64,000 nt of DNA from contig NC_043002.1 in NCBI RefSeq assembly GCF_006345805.1, positions 55,304,001 to 55,368,000 of the forward strand, given 5' to 3'. The number at the start of each line of letters is the position of its first letter. Within the stretch, counting starts at the first letter, position 1. This DNA is from Octopus sinensis. Lineage: Eukaryota. The notes beneath the pieces were generated by a model. It was not told the DNA's origin. It was given only the letters and a program-made list of their open reading frames with translations, and did no database searches. The position numbers and the translations under genes are program-made. This document shows, in pieces, positions 24,801-40,203 of this stretch.

Positions 24801-27800
24801 TGGTAACGTCATATAGTAAGGTCATACGCCGACACGACTCTTCCTCGTCTCTAGTTTAAATAGGATTCCTTTCAAAAACTTGAGTGTCCACAGTAGTAAC
24901 TCAAGAGCCCGACTGCATACAAAAGAACTGAGAAAGGACACACTTAATGGAACAAAGTCACGATCGGAGAAAGTTCTGATTAGTGATCATTTACTGTGAC
25001 TACCAACTACAGATTACTGCACATTAATTGGGCTCCAGCTTCTCAAAAACAGATTAGAAACAGGCTTCTTTTAGGATAGCTGCGAAGTAACTGTGCTCGA
25101 CGCAACCGAAAACAGACGAGTAGTCCAAGTTGATCAAAATCTGTCATAAAATCCCATCAAACGGTTTTTATTACTTCAATGACTTAGAGCACATACCCTA
25201 GCTCTGACAACGCCATTTTCGTGTTTCATTTTGAAGATATAAAAGAGGGCCATTCTCACTGCTAGCACGTTGTTCACAATACCTTTCTTAACCGCCTCTC
25301 CTAATTTACTCACTAACTAACCCTACTACTCACTACACGTCCTCTATCCCCTCTCTAACTCCTTTAGTTATCAATTTTTCTCTATCGTTATTTTATTTGC
25401 TAAAACTTACCATTTATTTTCTTATCACCTCCTTGAGAATTCACGAAAACCTGTTGATTACCTCTATAAACCCTTGCTGAACTAAAAGGTTTTTGACACC
25501 CCTCTCACCCATCAGCTAACACCAAACCCACAGAGTTGTTGCTCTTTGACAAGTTGTTGTTGGCATATCATTGCTATCATTACTGCTGTTATTACTGCTG
25601 CCAGTCGCAGTGATGATAGTGGTGGTGATAGTGGTGGCGGGAAAAGTATCTGTTCATGGAAAGAAAGAAGAGGGGGTTGCTTTGAGTGGTAAGGCGAAAT
25701 TTACTCTTAAAATCACCCCCACACCTACCTCTTGTTGACTGGTTGGTTGGTTGGTGAGGGTGATGCTTTCAATTAAATTTATGTAAGTTTTTTTTCAAAA
25801 TAAATTTTTTTTTCGAATTTTAGCCTTAACGGGCAAGAAACGAGACGACCAAACAGTCCCCCAGAGTCCTTTAACGAAAATTCAGAGCAACATTCCTTAA
25901 AAGCGCTTGCAAACTAAAATAACACTGGGAATGATGTGTACAACTTCCAGTACGTGTTTTTCCTGTCCAGGTTAGCCCTGTAGATCACACTTTTGTGAGT
26001 CGTGTAACCAACTCGTCGGAAATGTAAGCATCCTGCACGATCTCTATTCACAGATCTTATAAACGTTCCTCTTGGAAACGATGTAGATGATGTGATGCAG
26101 GTTTTCGTACGAGTATATTTCTGAAGTGTAAGGTTGGCAAGTCTTTTACTCGCCGTCTCTTATTACCTTATCCCAGCATGTATCTAAAATGATATTTCAG
26201 TCTCCCATCCGTATTCGTGAGCGAGGTTTTTAGCACGTAGGCTCCCGAGCCTCATTTTACATTTTATCCCAGAGTCCCAATTGTGACATGAACGGTGTAA
26301 TATTTTTACACTATGCCATATGTGAGGCAAGGGTCACATAGGTAGTGTTAGATACCCACGTCCCACCGGAGGGTCGTGTGGTACCCTACTTCATATCACA
26401 TCCTATATACCACACGACCTACCCGTGGTCAATTAAAAATTTGGGGTATTTTCTAGTGGAAGATCTTGACTTTTTTCGAAAAGAACTATTTTGATTTCCA
26501 TGGCAAGTACGATAATTTTGATTTCCTTGTTTCTACTGGAAAATCGCCCGATTTTTTTCAAAAAGAACCATTTTTGTTTCAATGGCAAATAAAATTTTCT
26601 CAACACTCAATCTTTTATTTCACCTCATTACATGGTGAAATGAGAAGGAAATCGAAAAGAAAATAGAAGAAATCTATTTTAAAAAATTGTTGCTTTGATT
26701 TGTGCTTTTGCACAAATCAAAGCAATCGAGCTATCCGGCTCTCAGAAAGCCCTTAGGAAAGAAATTAAGAAACGACCCGCTGGTGGGTCGGGCGGGACTC
26801 GCTAACGTACCACTACGACTCACCGGCAGGACGCATGGGAACCATTGTATTAAGATGCCTGAAGATATCTGACTGCCCTTCCCCGGTTGGGGTCCATCAA
26901 TTTTAATAACAAATGATCATCGATTCGAGATTTACATTGTTACTTTTTTTCTTTCATCATGGGTTAATTAATGAATGCCGCTAATTATTGAAAAATGTCA
27001 ATGGTGGGGACGGTGCTGGGTGGTGGTGGCTGTGAGGATTATGAGAAATTGGTTTGAACAGAACAGCGGATGCATTAATTCATGAACTGTGTGTACAAGA
27101 CAACAATCTCAGATTATTCAGGTATTCCCAGAATTGTTTCAAATATATTGAATGCGAAAAACGACAAAGTGAGGCAGAAATCATCATTTACACACACACA
27201 CATACACACGCACACAGAGGCTCAGTTCACACACACATACACACGTTAACTACACACACAGTGTGAGAGCGTCTGCAACATTTGGGTCTCTATTATCAGA
27301 CATTGTCGGTAAATTTTGTAAATGTTTCTGGTGGAAATGATACGGAGGACGGGTTGTGCTGAGGGGAGTGAGTAGCTACGATATCAATAACAATGGTATC
27401 TGCTGGTTGGTCGTAGCATTGAAAGTAGTGATAATAGTGGTAGTTGCGCTGGTGATAACAGTACCAATGATAGCAGTAACTGTGGTGGTTATGGTGGTGG
27501 TGGTGGTGGTGCCTACATGTTCGGTCGTTGCGGTGGGAAATGCATTTATGATACATTTTGAGGTTAGAAATCAATACTACTTAACGTTTCTTAAGTAAAC
27601 ATCAACCTCTTCAATGATTGTTGTTTTAACGTTTCGAGATAAGCCAGTTTAAAATGAGTTGTTATCACTATTGTCATTTGTATCAACTTTTATTTACCAA
27701 ACGCAGCTCGAATCACGTACGTATGTATGTATGTATGTATGTATGTATGTATGTATGTATGTATGTATGTATGTATGTATGTATGTATCTATGTATGTAT

Positions 27801-29509
27801 GTATGTATGTATATACGCACACTTGTCTACGTGCATAGGCACGCCATAATCTATGCACACACAGATAAGGGTCGATTCATATGAAAAAGAAAGTGAACAA
27901 AATAATATGACCACTTGCTTATCGCGAAATTTGTAAGTTCGATTAAAAAAAATTTTTAATATAATCAAGCTAAATATTCATCATTTCGAGCCACTCACCC
28001 AGTGAGTTTTTCTGCCGAATGTGGTAAAAGGAGAAGGCTTCGAACCGAATGAAAAATGGGAAAATATTTGTGCTAATCTGCAACTATATCTTAAGATGGC
28101 AAGTTGGCAGAATCGTTTGCATGCTGGACAAATGCTTAGCGACATTTCTTCCGGACCATTACATTCTGAGTTCAAATCCCACCGAGGTCAGCTTTACCGT
28201 CGTCCCTTCACGCTCAAATACTGGGGTCGATGTAAATTAGTTGACCCCCACCTAAAAATTTGGGGGCTTGGACCCTACAACGGTTTGTGGGGTAGAGAGA
28301 TGTTATGATCTCGGTCTCTCAAATTCCATGGAAACTGGGTAATTGACCTTAAACCTGCTGAGACACAAGAAAAGAAAAAGCGTGGCTGTGTAGTAACACG
28401 TTCGCTTCCCAACCAGATGATCCAGGTTCAGTTCTATGGCGTGGCACCTTCTGCAAGTGTCTCTTACTACAGCCCTGGGCCGACCTTGGCTTTGTGAGAG
28501 GATTTGGTAGATGAAAACTGAAAGAAGCCCGTCGTATAGGTATTATATTTATAGATTATCTCCCCTCTTCAAGTGGAGCTGGTTTTAACTGCTATTTGGA
28601 AATTATGATACGACCTCTAGCGGCGGCGATAATTTTGATAAATCATGAATTTATGTTGTATGGTATTTTATATACTTGTATTTGTCTATGAACAAGTGCT
28701 TTCCCTCAGAAATATCTCTGAATTTCGAATTTTCCATTCTCCAAGTAAAATCACTTGGAGAAGGGAGAATTTAAAATGAAAATCACCACGTGACTTGTCG
28801 AGATACTTTTATTGGAAAGCTCTCACGTGAAAAGTGTTACTGAATTACTTTCCGGGCTTCTTCTGTTTCTAACTTGATATTAACTCTGGATACGTTGAGA
28901 GTGGCATCCGTGTAGTGGAATGGCTATTAGCTGCCAAGTTGAAGTAATTATCATAATTTATATGCAATTATCATAATTTTTATGTATATATAATTTATAT
29001 ATATATATATATATATATATATGCATGCGTGTAAGCATGCACATACGATGTATGCATATATGTATGCCATTATTCTAGTTTATTTCAAGATTTCTTGCCA
29101 ATAGAGAAAGAGCCGGTTTCTAACCTAGATCCAAGGCCCCTTCATTGGAATTTAAACAACATCAGCAGGGTATTTTATGTATGTATGTATGCATGTATGT
29201 ATATATGTGTGTAGATAGATGGCTGGATGGCTGGATGGCTGGATGTATGCATGTATGTATGTATGTATGTATGTATGTATAAGTCTACTCATGCCTGCAT
29301 ATATACGTGTATAGGGAATTGACAGATGCAAAAAGCAGTAAAGCAGTTAAGTGGGTGGCTAGAGAGAGAATAGGAAAAAATGGTAAGCGGATAGAAGAAT
29401 TTTATTCTAAGAAATTCTAAATCCTTCAAAAGATTTGTAAGTCCGTTGCTAGACTCAACTGAATATAAAATAGTTATGTCCGATGCTAGAAGCAGACGTG
29501 GTTTTCCTA

Positions 29510-29790
29510 CTTCTAAATTTATTACCCTGTGCGCGTAAGCGAAAACAGGGCTTTGTAATTACTCGTCTTTGTCTGTTTGTCTGCGTGTTAGCAAAATTAC
29601 TGGAAAACGGCTGAATGGATTCTTACCACATTCGGCAGAAAAACTCACTGGCTGAGTGGCTCGAAATGCTGAATATTTTGCTTGATTATCTTTAACATAA
29701 AAATGTTTTTAATCGAACTTACAAATTTCCCGATAAGCAAGTGATCATGTGATTTTGTTCAGTTTCTTTTTCATATGAATCGACCCTCAT
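29510..29790 (+). mobile_element. DINE/HINE-like short repeat; partial inverted copy at about 27860-28035
   Basis: Shared CACATTCGGCAGAAAAACTCACTGG.TGAGTGGCTCGAAATG..GAATATTT segment; TACCC...GGG 5' hairpin and GTCT repeats. Confidence 0.45.
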
Positions 29791-29873
29791 CTCTGTGTGT
29801 ATAGACCATGGCGTACCTATGATCGTAGACAAGTGTACGTACATGCATACATACATACATACATACATATGCG

Positions 29874-29925
<52 letters not shown>

Positions 29926-30739
29926 CGTGCGAATACACTGATGCATTCGAAGATTTCGTTTATTTACGAGTTGATTTCTTAACCTATAATGATGATACTT
30001 AAAAAGATTATTAATTCAGTTCAATTAAAAAGCATGCGTAAGCAACGCATTCTAAGCCACACTAGAATTTGCGAAACAATTTAACTGTGCACAGGGAATA
30101 CATCACCCCCGATGCCTTTTTTTTTCATTATTAATTTTGCACCATATTTTTGATGAATTATGAGTCTGTTACCTTCTTAAAGGAATTCTTTAGCTGAAAC
30201 CCAGTCTCAGCTATATCCATGTGTTTAAGGAATTCCTTTCCTTGAACCTAATTCTATTCTACTGAATGGTACCTTCTGCCTGGATCTTCTAATGGGTTTT
30301 CAGATAAAGTCCTTCGTTTCTTTCCAACGTTATTTGATTTGACAGTGAAGGCGCGTGGCTTAGTGGTTAGATGTATTTAGTTCACGACCGTACGGTCGTG
30401 AGTTCGATTACAAGCGGCGCGATGTGTCCTTCAGCAAAACATTTTATTTCACATTGCTCCAGATCAACTCAGCTGACAAAACTGAGTTGTACCTGTAATT
30501 TAAAGGGCCGACCTTGTCGCGTTCCGTGCTACTCCGGATTTCCCTGGGAACAACATTAAGGGTGCTTGTGTCTGCGGAGTACTCAGCCATTTACTTGTTA
30601 ATTTCACGAGCAGGCTGATCTGCTGATCGAATCAACTGGAACACTCGTCGCCGTAACCATGGTGTTTTATGGGGTCTTTATGGGTTTTTGTTTTTCCAAG
30701 TTCTGTTCTTCGTCCACAATTTTTTTTTGGTTTTTTGAA

Positions 30740-31290
30740 ATTTGAATAAATTTAATCTCTTTTCAGACACAAAACGATGAAAAACCAAGTAGTAAAAGAT
30801 AAGCACCGTGGACACCTGCTTCTCTTCGCTTTCAGTCAAGGTTCCAACGTTGCCAAAGCCATTCGAGACATTTGTGCTGTGTATGGAGAAGGCGTTCTGA
30901 GTGAAAGAACTGCACAGAAATGGTTTTCACGCTTCAAAGAAGGAAAATTTGAACTCAGACTTTCCATGTTCCGGCCGACATGTTCAGTTCGATGATAATC
31001 AATTGAACTTGCTCATCCATGATTATCGGTGGGGAATTGGCCCCAAAATTTGGTGCATGGGTGTCATATGCTCTGAGCAAACGCCAGAGCTCCTCTATGG
31101 CAGCCAGTCGCTCGCTCGCCACCAGGTTACTCGTGGACTTCTTTGCCACATCGTGATCAGCACTGAAAAATTGCGTCTATGTCAGTATGAAACAGAAAAA
31201 AGATTAGCTGACTTCTGACAAATAAGCAACGCCTCCTGCCCAGCCAGAGCTACATCCAAGCAAGACAATGACCAAACCTGGCCACCAAAC
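30740..31290 (+). mobile_element. Decayed mariner transposase 5' fragment
   Basis: HLLLFAF..GSNVAKAIRDICAVYGEGVLSERTAQKWFSRFKEG (mariner HTH), later HIVISTEK (degenerate IVTGDEKW). Confidence 0.8.
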
Positions 31291-32120
31291 CGCTAATTCA
31301 TTAATCGTTAATTAATGATTTAACTTTTAAATTTACTTTGGAAATCATTATTGGGCTAATTAACTTCCATTACATTTAACTTTCGTTAACTCAAGTCAAC
31401 TTCTATTAACTTCCATGGCATTGAAGTTAACGGATTTTGTAGTTTTGGTACTTTTTAAAGGTGTTTTAAGTGGTTTTACAGCAAAAAGTGATTTTTTTGT
31501 TTTATTCTATTATAAAAATTAATGTTAACGTTTTATCAATAATTTCCGTTACATTTTTAAAGAATTAACTGATTAAAGAATTAACTGATTAACGGTTGTC
31601 GAAGTTAACTTTTTGGTTAACGGTGTCCACCTTTGACAATGACCTGCTTTTGATGGTACTGGGAAGGACTAATCCACGATGAAATCACGGTCTACGCAGT
31701 GTTTTACGTTCAGCAAATGTACTCAGCTGTTTCCACTTTCAGTAATAAAATGACGATCAAGAAACTCTACCACCTGTTCAATAAATATCGCTTCCTACTG
31801 TGATTACCTTCTTGGAAAATAATTTACTTGGTAGGTGATGCTCGTCCCAATATATTTTCATTCTATTGACAAAATTGTTTTATAGTAAACAGGTTTTATT
31901 CTTGTGTTCAGATATGGCTGTGTGGTAAGAACTTTGCTTCCCAAGCACGTGGGTCTGGATTTAATCCCTCTCCATGGCATCTTGGGCAAGTTTCTTCTAC
32001 TATAGCCTCGGGCCGACCAAAGCCTTGTCAGTGGATTTGTTACGCTGACATTGAAAGAGTCCCATCGTATATATATATATACACTTGGAAATGGATGCAT
32101 CGTGTTCAATTAAATAATAA

Positions 32121-32175
<55 letters not shown>

Positions 32176-32669
32176 ATGATGATGATAAGAATGATAATGA
32201 TGACATCCTTTATCGAGCCAGATGTTGCCCATTCTGCTCTACTTTGTTTTCATGCGGTCCATTTTAAAACCTACTCCCATATGCGTTCAGCTTCGTCAAT
32301 AATGGTCTGCAGCTGGTCACAGCTTTCATGTCACGTGCGAATCGGAGATGTGTTAGGTGCACGCCATTACTCGCCATTGATGTTCACGCTGTACACACAT
32401 ACACACATACATACATACATACATACATACATACATACATACATACATACATACGTACGTACACACACACACACATACATACATCATACATACATACATA
32501 TATTCTTTGTGTGTGTGTGTGTGTGTGTGTATAACGTGAACATCAATGACCAGCAATATGTATAAAGATCTGTTGATTCACTTGAAGCGATAAAATACAG
32601 GAGTCTTTAAAAACAGAAATAGAATATAATTTATCACACATACACGCATGCACACACACACACACACAC

Positions 32670-32754
<85 letters not shown>

Positions 32755-33012
32755 CATATATATATTTATATGCATATATATATATTCTTTTATTCTTTTA
32801 TTTTTTAGCTTGTTTCAGCCATGTGACTGCTGCCATACTGGAGCACCGTCTTTAGTCGAACAAATCGACCCCAGGACTTATTCTTTGTAAGCCTATAACT
32901 TATTCTATCAGTCTCCTTTGCCGAACCGGTAAGTTACGAAGACATAAACACACCAACGTCGGTTGTCGAGTGATGGCGGGTGACAAACACACACACACAC
33001 TCAAACACACAC

Positions 33013-33063
<51 letters not shown>

Positions 33064-33067
<4 letters not shown>

Positions 33068-34325
33068 GTCGTCAAGTATGAAATTTGTAGTAAGGTATAT
33101 GGTAAACTTTGACAGCTGCTCATTTTGCGCCAATATAATATTTAGACAATCTTTATTTTTTGTTAGAAAGCTGACACATCTATTTCTTTGTTGTAACTCA
33201 TTTTGCGCTTTATAAAGTATTTATAAATCGTTTTTTGCTATTTTTGTTTAGAGATGGATATGTCGGAAATTCATGCAGTTTTGAAATATGAGTTCTTTCT
33301 TGGAAATACTGCATCACAGGCAGCTCGGAATATTAATGGAATGTTATTACACAGCAGACAGTATCAAATTGGTTTGCAAAATTTCGTTCAGGTAACTTTG
33401 ACCTCACAAATGAACAACGCGGTCGACCAGAAACAAAGGTGGATAATGACGAACTGAAAGCCACCGTCAAGTTAGATCTATCTCAAAGCGCCGTGAATTA
33501 TCGTTGTTATTTGGTGTTAGCAAGCAAATAATATTGACTCACCTAGGTCAAATCGGCAAAGTGAAAAAGTTGGGTAAGTGGGTTCTACATGAACTCAATG
33601 AAAATCAGAAACAGCAACGTTTGGAAGCCTGCATTATGCTACTGCATTATGCATTTTTGAATCGAATTGTAACGTGATGAGAAATGGATCCAATACAACA
33701 ACCGTAAATGTTCAGCACGATGGTTGGACAAAGACGAGCCACCAAAACACAGTCCAAAAAGCAAAATTCTTCAAAAGAAGCTGATGGTATGTGTTTGGTG
33801 ATCTAGCGCAGGTGTGATCCGTTATGATTTCATTAAACCTAACTGATCAATCACGGGCGAATTATACTGCAGTCAACTGGACTAAATGATGTTGAAACTT
33901 ACAAAAGAAAAAAAACAGCCTAAATTAGTCAATAGATCCACTCCTATTTTATTGCAAGACAATGCCAGACTACACATCGTAAAAATGACATTGGCAAAAC
34001 TACAGGAGTTGGTGTTGGAAGTTCTCCATCATCCACCAAACTCACCTGATCTTGACCCCACTGACTACCACTTCTTCCAGAATTTGGATAACTTTTTGAT
34101 AGGAAGAAAATTTAATCCCGACGATGCTGTAAACAGGATTTCCAAGATTTTATTGACTCTAGATTGCCAGACTTTTACAGTTCCGGGCTGGACAAGCTAC
34201 CGCTGAAATGGCAAGAGTGTATTGACGATACGGGTGCATACATTGATGAATAAAACGATACCTTGTATTTATAAAACATTAGCAAACTTTTTTCTTTTCT
34301 ACAAATTTCATACTTGACGACCTAA
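33064..34325 (+). mobile_element. Full-length but decayed mariner (DD34D) transposon
   Basis: Perfect 27-bp TIRs TTAGGTCGTCAAGTATGAAATTTGTAG, TA on both flanks. Transposase remnants MDMSEIHAVLKYEF, GKWVLHEL, LLQDNARLH, HPPNSPDLDPTDYHFF, with stops and frameshifts. Confidence 0.93.
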
Positions 34326-35129
34326 TAAAACGGGCTTCTGTCAGTTTTCGTCTACCAAATCTACTTACAAAGGTCTTGGTCAGCCCTAGGCTATAGTAGA
34401 AGACACTCGCCCAAAGTGCCCCGCAGTGGGACCGAACCCGGAACAATGTGGTTGGGAAGTAAGCCTCTCACCACACAGTCTCGCCCACGTCTATATATAT
34501 ATATATATATATATGTATATTATAAATTATATGTATATTTCTCCGTTCTTATTTTTAATGTCATATATATGTGCAATGCCTTTCTGTGTGTGTATGTGTA
34601 TTTGTTTCTGTGTTCCCACCACCACCACCACCACCACCATCACCGCTTGACAACCAGTGTTGGTGTGATTTCGTCCCCATACTCTTGCGGTTCGGCAAAA
34701 GAGACTGATAGAATAAGTACCAGGCTTTCTTCAGAGAAAAAATGCACTGGGGTCGATTCGTTCGACTAAAATCCTCCAGGGCAATGCTCCAGCATGACCA
34801 GTCTGATGATCGAACAGGAAAGGGATAAAAGACATGTGTGTAGGTGTGTATGTGTCTTGATGTGGCTTAGTGGTCAGTGTATTCACCTAACAATCCTGAA
34901 GTCGTGAGTTCGACTCCCAGCAACGCGTCGCGTCTTTGAGTAAAAGTACGCGTATCTGTGGAGTACTCAGCCACATGCGCGTTAATTTCACGAAGTGGCT
35001 GTTCCGTTGATCAGATCAACTGGAAGCCTCTTCGTCGTCAATGACGGAGTGCCGGGTCTTATTTTAAGCTTGCAGAGACGTACGTACATACATACATACA
35101 TACATACATACATACATGTATGTATATTT

Positions 35130-35542
<413 letters not shown>

Positions 35543-35590
35543 TTCACGATGTCGTGCAGCTACTGTTTATACCTTGCTCAGAGATTTAGC

Positions 35591-35635
<45 letters not shown>

Positions 35636-35663
35636 TTTTATATATTTCAGTCCACTGACTGTG

Positions 35664-35697
<34 letters not shown>

Positions 35698-36579
35698 AGC
35701 ATATGCTTTTATAATAATGAATGTACAGGCTGCGGCAGAGAGAGTGCCTCGATTTTAAAGGTTAATAAAAAGCAAACACATGAAGATATATGAACAAATT
35801 TCGTATTTCTATGAAGTTCATTAAATGCCATTTCTTCTTTTTATTTCATGTAGCGCCTATCTTGGCCTGGAGTGGAGAGCATCGTTTTTTCTTGTATCTT
35901 CATGTGTTTGTATTTTATCAACCCTTTGAAATCGGGAAAACTTTCTGCCGCATCCTGTACAGTGTGTGCGGTTGTGTGTGTGTGTGTGTGTGTGTGCGTA
36001 CGTGCGCGCGCGTGCGTATATGTGTGGGGTGTATTGTGAAGGGATGCGAAATGCATGCAAAGCCAATAGAAATGCATTGAACTCGGTGAAAAGGAATCAG
36101 TGATTAGAGAGACAGGAATTGAAAGTGTTACACTTTTCAACAATTAAAAAAAATTTTTCCCAGAAATTTAAATCGTTTGAATCCGTCATTAAATTCAATT
36201 GAATTGAAACTGGTTCAGTCTTTCACTTTGCATGTTTTCCATTCTAAATTTAGTACTACATTTTGCCCGTCACTATGTAATGAGTTCAAATCCCACCCAG
36301 ATCTACCTTGCCATTCCCCATTTTAGGGTCGATCAAATAAGCAGCAATTGATTATTTCTGGGTTCCATCTAATCGACTATATTGCTCACCTTTTGCCAAA
36401 TTTTGAAACTTAGTTTAAGGGGGCGAGTTTAGCAGAATCGTTAGCACGTCGAATAAAAGGCTTTGCGACATTTTTAACGTATCATTACGCTTTGTATTCC
36501 ATTTCCACTTGTCTTTTGTCCTTTTTGGAGTCAATTACATAATCTCTTACGCATATATACAAGTACATTCATAAATACA

Positions 36580-36662
<83 letters not shown>

Positions 36663-36914
36663 CAGACAGAGAGAGAGAGAGGGGGGAGGGGGAGAGAGAG
36701 AGAGTGAATAGAGAACAACAGGAAATATAACAAGAGTGAATTATGTATGCGAGTGAACACATTAAGCTGACGCTCAATGAAAGATTTAGATTGAAAAATA
36801 GGAGTGGAAATGACGTTTGAGCACACACACACACACACATATATATATGTATGTATGTATGTATGTATATAAATATATATACATATATCTATATATGTAT
36901 ATCTACATACATCC

Positions 36915-36966
<52 letters not shown>

Positions 36967-37158
36967 CATACACACACACACACCACATATATATATATAT
37001 ATAAATATATATATATATTAATGTAGGCGAATCAAAAATTATTAAAAAAAACACAGGCAACAAAAGTCAATTGTATTGTACGTACACAAATTGCGGCTTA
37101 GTGCCAGTTTTAGACCGAAAAATAGATGTCGAAATGACGCTTCGGATATATATATATA

Positions 37159-37231
<73 letters not shown>

Positions 37232-37361
37232 GTATATATATATACATATATATCCGAAAGGTCATTTCGACATATATTTTTCGATCTAAATCTGTCGCTA
37301 TGTATACTTGGAAATGGATGCGTGGCGTTCAATCAAATAATAATATACGATATATATATGC

Positions 37362-37394
<33 letters not shown>

Positions 37395-37762
37395 CCAAAA
37401 ATCCTCGAGTATAGTCCTCCCTTGAGTATAATACGCAGGGGATTTTTATGGGGCTGTACCTCTGAAAAACCTAAACTTTGTGTATAATCTTCTGATTCAG
37501 AGAACCCAATTATTTCTTTGTTTTCATCATTGTCTTCATTAACAATGCCATCTTTTGCTTTTTTACCACTCCCAGTTATTAGACAGCGGTCATGCTGGAG
37601 CACCCCCTTGAACAATTTTGTTTTTCTTTTTAGTCGAATGAATCCAACGAAGTACTTATTTGTGATTTCTTTTTAAAATGGGCACTTCTGTCGGTCTATT
37701 TTGCCGAGCTGCTAGATTACGTGGACGTAAACACAGTTACACCGGCTGTCAATCGGTGGTGG

Positions 37763-37807
<45 letters not shown>

Positions 37808-38184
37808 GACGGACTTTTTTCAGTTTCTGCCAACCACATCCACTCAGAAAGCTTTGGTCGACTCGAGGCTATAGTAGAAGACACTTGTCCAAGGTGCCAC
37901 TCAATGTCGCTGAATCCATAACCGTGTGATTGGGAAGCAAACTTCTTCTCACTCACCCTGCACCTGTGACGTCCATAAACGTTCCAGGTATTCCTTATGT
38001 TATAGAATTTCGTCCACGTAGTCCTGGTTCGCTTTTAGTCGGTTTTGCTTTCTGTAGAGTTTCGATGCTTTCTTTAAATTCTCTTTTTACACATCTTTGG
38101 TTTGTCCACTTTGCTTTCATCTTAGATCTTTCTTCCTGCTTTACTTAGTCGATGCTTTTATTTTTACTATATTTCGTTTTCCTA

Positions 38185-38545
38185 AGGCGGCGAGCTGCCA
38201 GAAACGTTAGCACGCCGGGCGAAATGCGTAGCCGTATTTCGTCTGCCGTTACGTTCTGAGTTCAAATTCTGCCGAGGTCGACTTTACCTTTCATCCTTTC
38301 GGGGTCAATAAATTAAGAACCAGTTGCGCACTGGGGTCGATGTAATCGAATTAATCCGTTTGTCTGTCCTTGTTTGTCCTCTCTGTGTTTAGCCCCTTGT
38401 GGGTAGTAAAGAAATAGGTATTTCTCCCGTCATTACGTTCTGAGTTCAAATTCCGCCGAGGTCGACTTTGCCTTTCATCCTTTTGAGGTCGAATAAATAA
38501 GAACCAGTTACACCATAGGGTCGATATAATCGACTTAATCCCTTC
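38185..38545 (+). mobile_element. SINE family S3, two-unit tandem (other copies near 28130, 36280-36480, 39145, 39880-40060, 45129-45252, 45511-45648, 57670)
   Basis: GGCGGCGAGCTG.CAGAAACGTTAGCACGCCGGGCGAAATGC head and GTTCTGAGTTCAAATTC B-box-like region. Confidence 0.8.
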
Positions 38546-39314
38546 CTCCAAACTGCCCTTGTGGTAAAACGTTGAAACCCTTATTTTGCTGTTTGTTCTT
38601 TGTTTTCATTAAGTATCCTTTCCTTTGAACTTCCATTTCTGATTTGTTGCAGACTTTGAGAAAGTATCTTCTAGCTTTGCTAATCGTCTGGGATCGGAAG
38701 TTCCGTTTGGATGAGGGCGATTTTCTCTTCAAATTTTTTCCTTGTGCATTGTTATAGTTACGTTTATTTAAATTTTTATCCGGTGCATTCTGTGTCACAC
38801 TAAATCTCTCTGAGAACAACGTTAACGGCATGCGTGTCTGTGGAGTGCTCAGCCCCTTGCATGTAAATTTCACGAGCATGCTGTTCCGTTGATCGGATCA
38901 ACTGGAATACATATCGTCGTAACCGACCAGATGATTCAGGGTATGAGTCTGCACAACTGTTTTTGGCGTCGCTGATTCGATATTGACTTATTTGACATTA
39001 GACACTTTACGATTTCTCTCGTTCTCTTCCTCCTCCTATCTGTCTCTGTTTTATGTAAACACATTTCTTCTTCTTCTTCTCTTCTTCTCTTCTTCTTCTT
39101 CTTCTCTTCTTCTTCTTCTTCTTCTTCTTCTTCTTCTTCTTCTTCGACGGGCGAAATACCGCTAAGCATTTCGTCCAGTGTGCTAACAATTCTGCCAGCT
39201 CACCGCCTTAATAACAACAACAACAACAACAACAACAACAATAATAATAATAATAATAATAATAACAATAATAATAATAATAACAATAATAATAATAATA
39301 ATAACAATAATAAC

Positions 39315-39384
<70 letters not shown>

Positions 39385-39385
<1 letters not shown>

Positions 39386-39860
39386 GACATCAGACAAAAA
39401 TCATGCCTCCTCATTGATATGACTGTCCCAATCGATATAAACGTATCTGTCAAGTAAACATAAAGATCTTGAAATAGAAATTAGCAAAATGTGGAACCTG
39501 AAGACTAAAACACTACCTGTTGTCATAGTTACCCTAGGAATGATAGCAAAAGGGGCTGATTGCTACCTAGCTCAGATACCACGAAACCTCAAAATGGCAG
39601 AAATTCAAAAGATAGTGCTCATGGAAACTGCCCATATCTTACGTAAAATACTGTCTATGTAATCTCAAATTTTAAAACAAACACATGATTTTCTTATGGT
39701 TTCTTAAACATTCTCTAGAACAATACTATGTACAAAACCAAATATATGGCACCCGAGGCATAACATCAAATTGAACTTCTAACTTGTTGTCTCTTGAAGT
39801 CTCTGGGTGAGACTTGAAGCCAACTTGTACAAATGCAAAGCAAAAGTCAAACATAAAATA
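39385..39860 (+). mobile_element. 3' fragment of R4/Dong-like family C within (AAT)n
   Basis: Near-identical to about 17820-18305, with the same 3' end GCAAAAGTCAAACATAAAATAATAAT. Confidence 0.85.
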
Positions 39861-40059
39861 ATAATAATAATAATAATTTTTGTCACAAGGGCAGCTTGGG
39901 CGAGGTGGGAATGAGTCGATTACACCGACCCCAGTATTCAACTGGTACTTATTTTATTGACCTCTAAATGATGAAAAGCAAAGTCAACCTCGGCGGAATT
40001 CGAACTCACAACGCTAAGCATTTCGTCCAACGCGCTAAAGATTCTGCCAGTTCGCCGCC

Positions 40060-40134
<75 letters not shown>

Positions 40135-40136
40135 TA

Positions 40137-40199
<63 letters not shown>

Positions 40200-40203
<4 letters not shown>

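Noticed and set aside
27054-27266. 70-aa ORF MNRTADALIHELC...
   Set aside because: No motif and no supporting neighbouring exons; it ends in a CA repeat.
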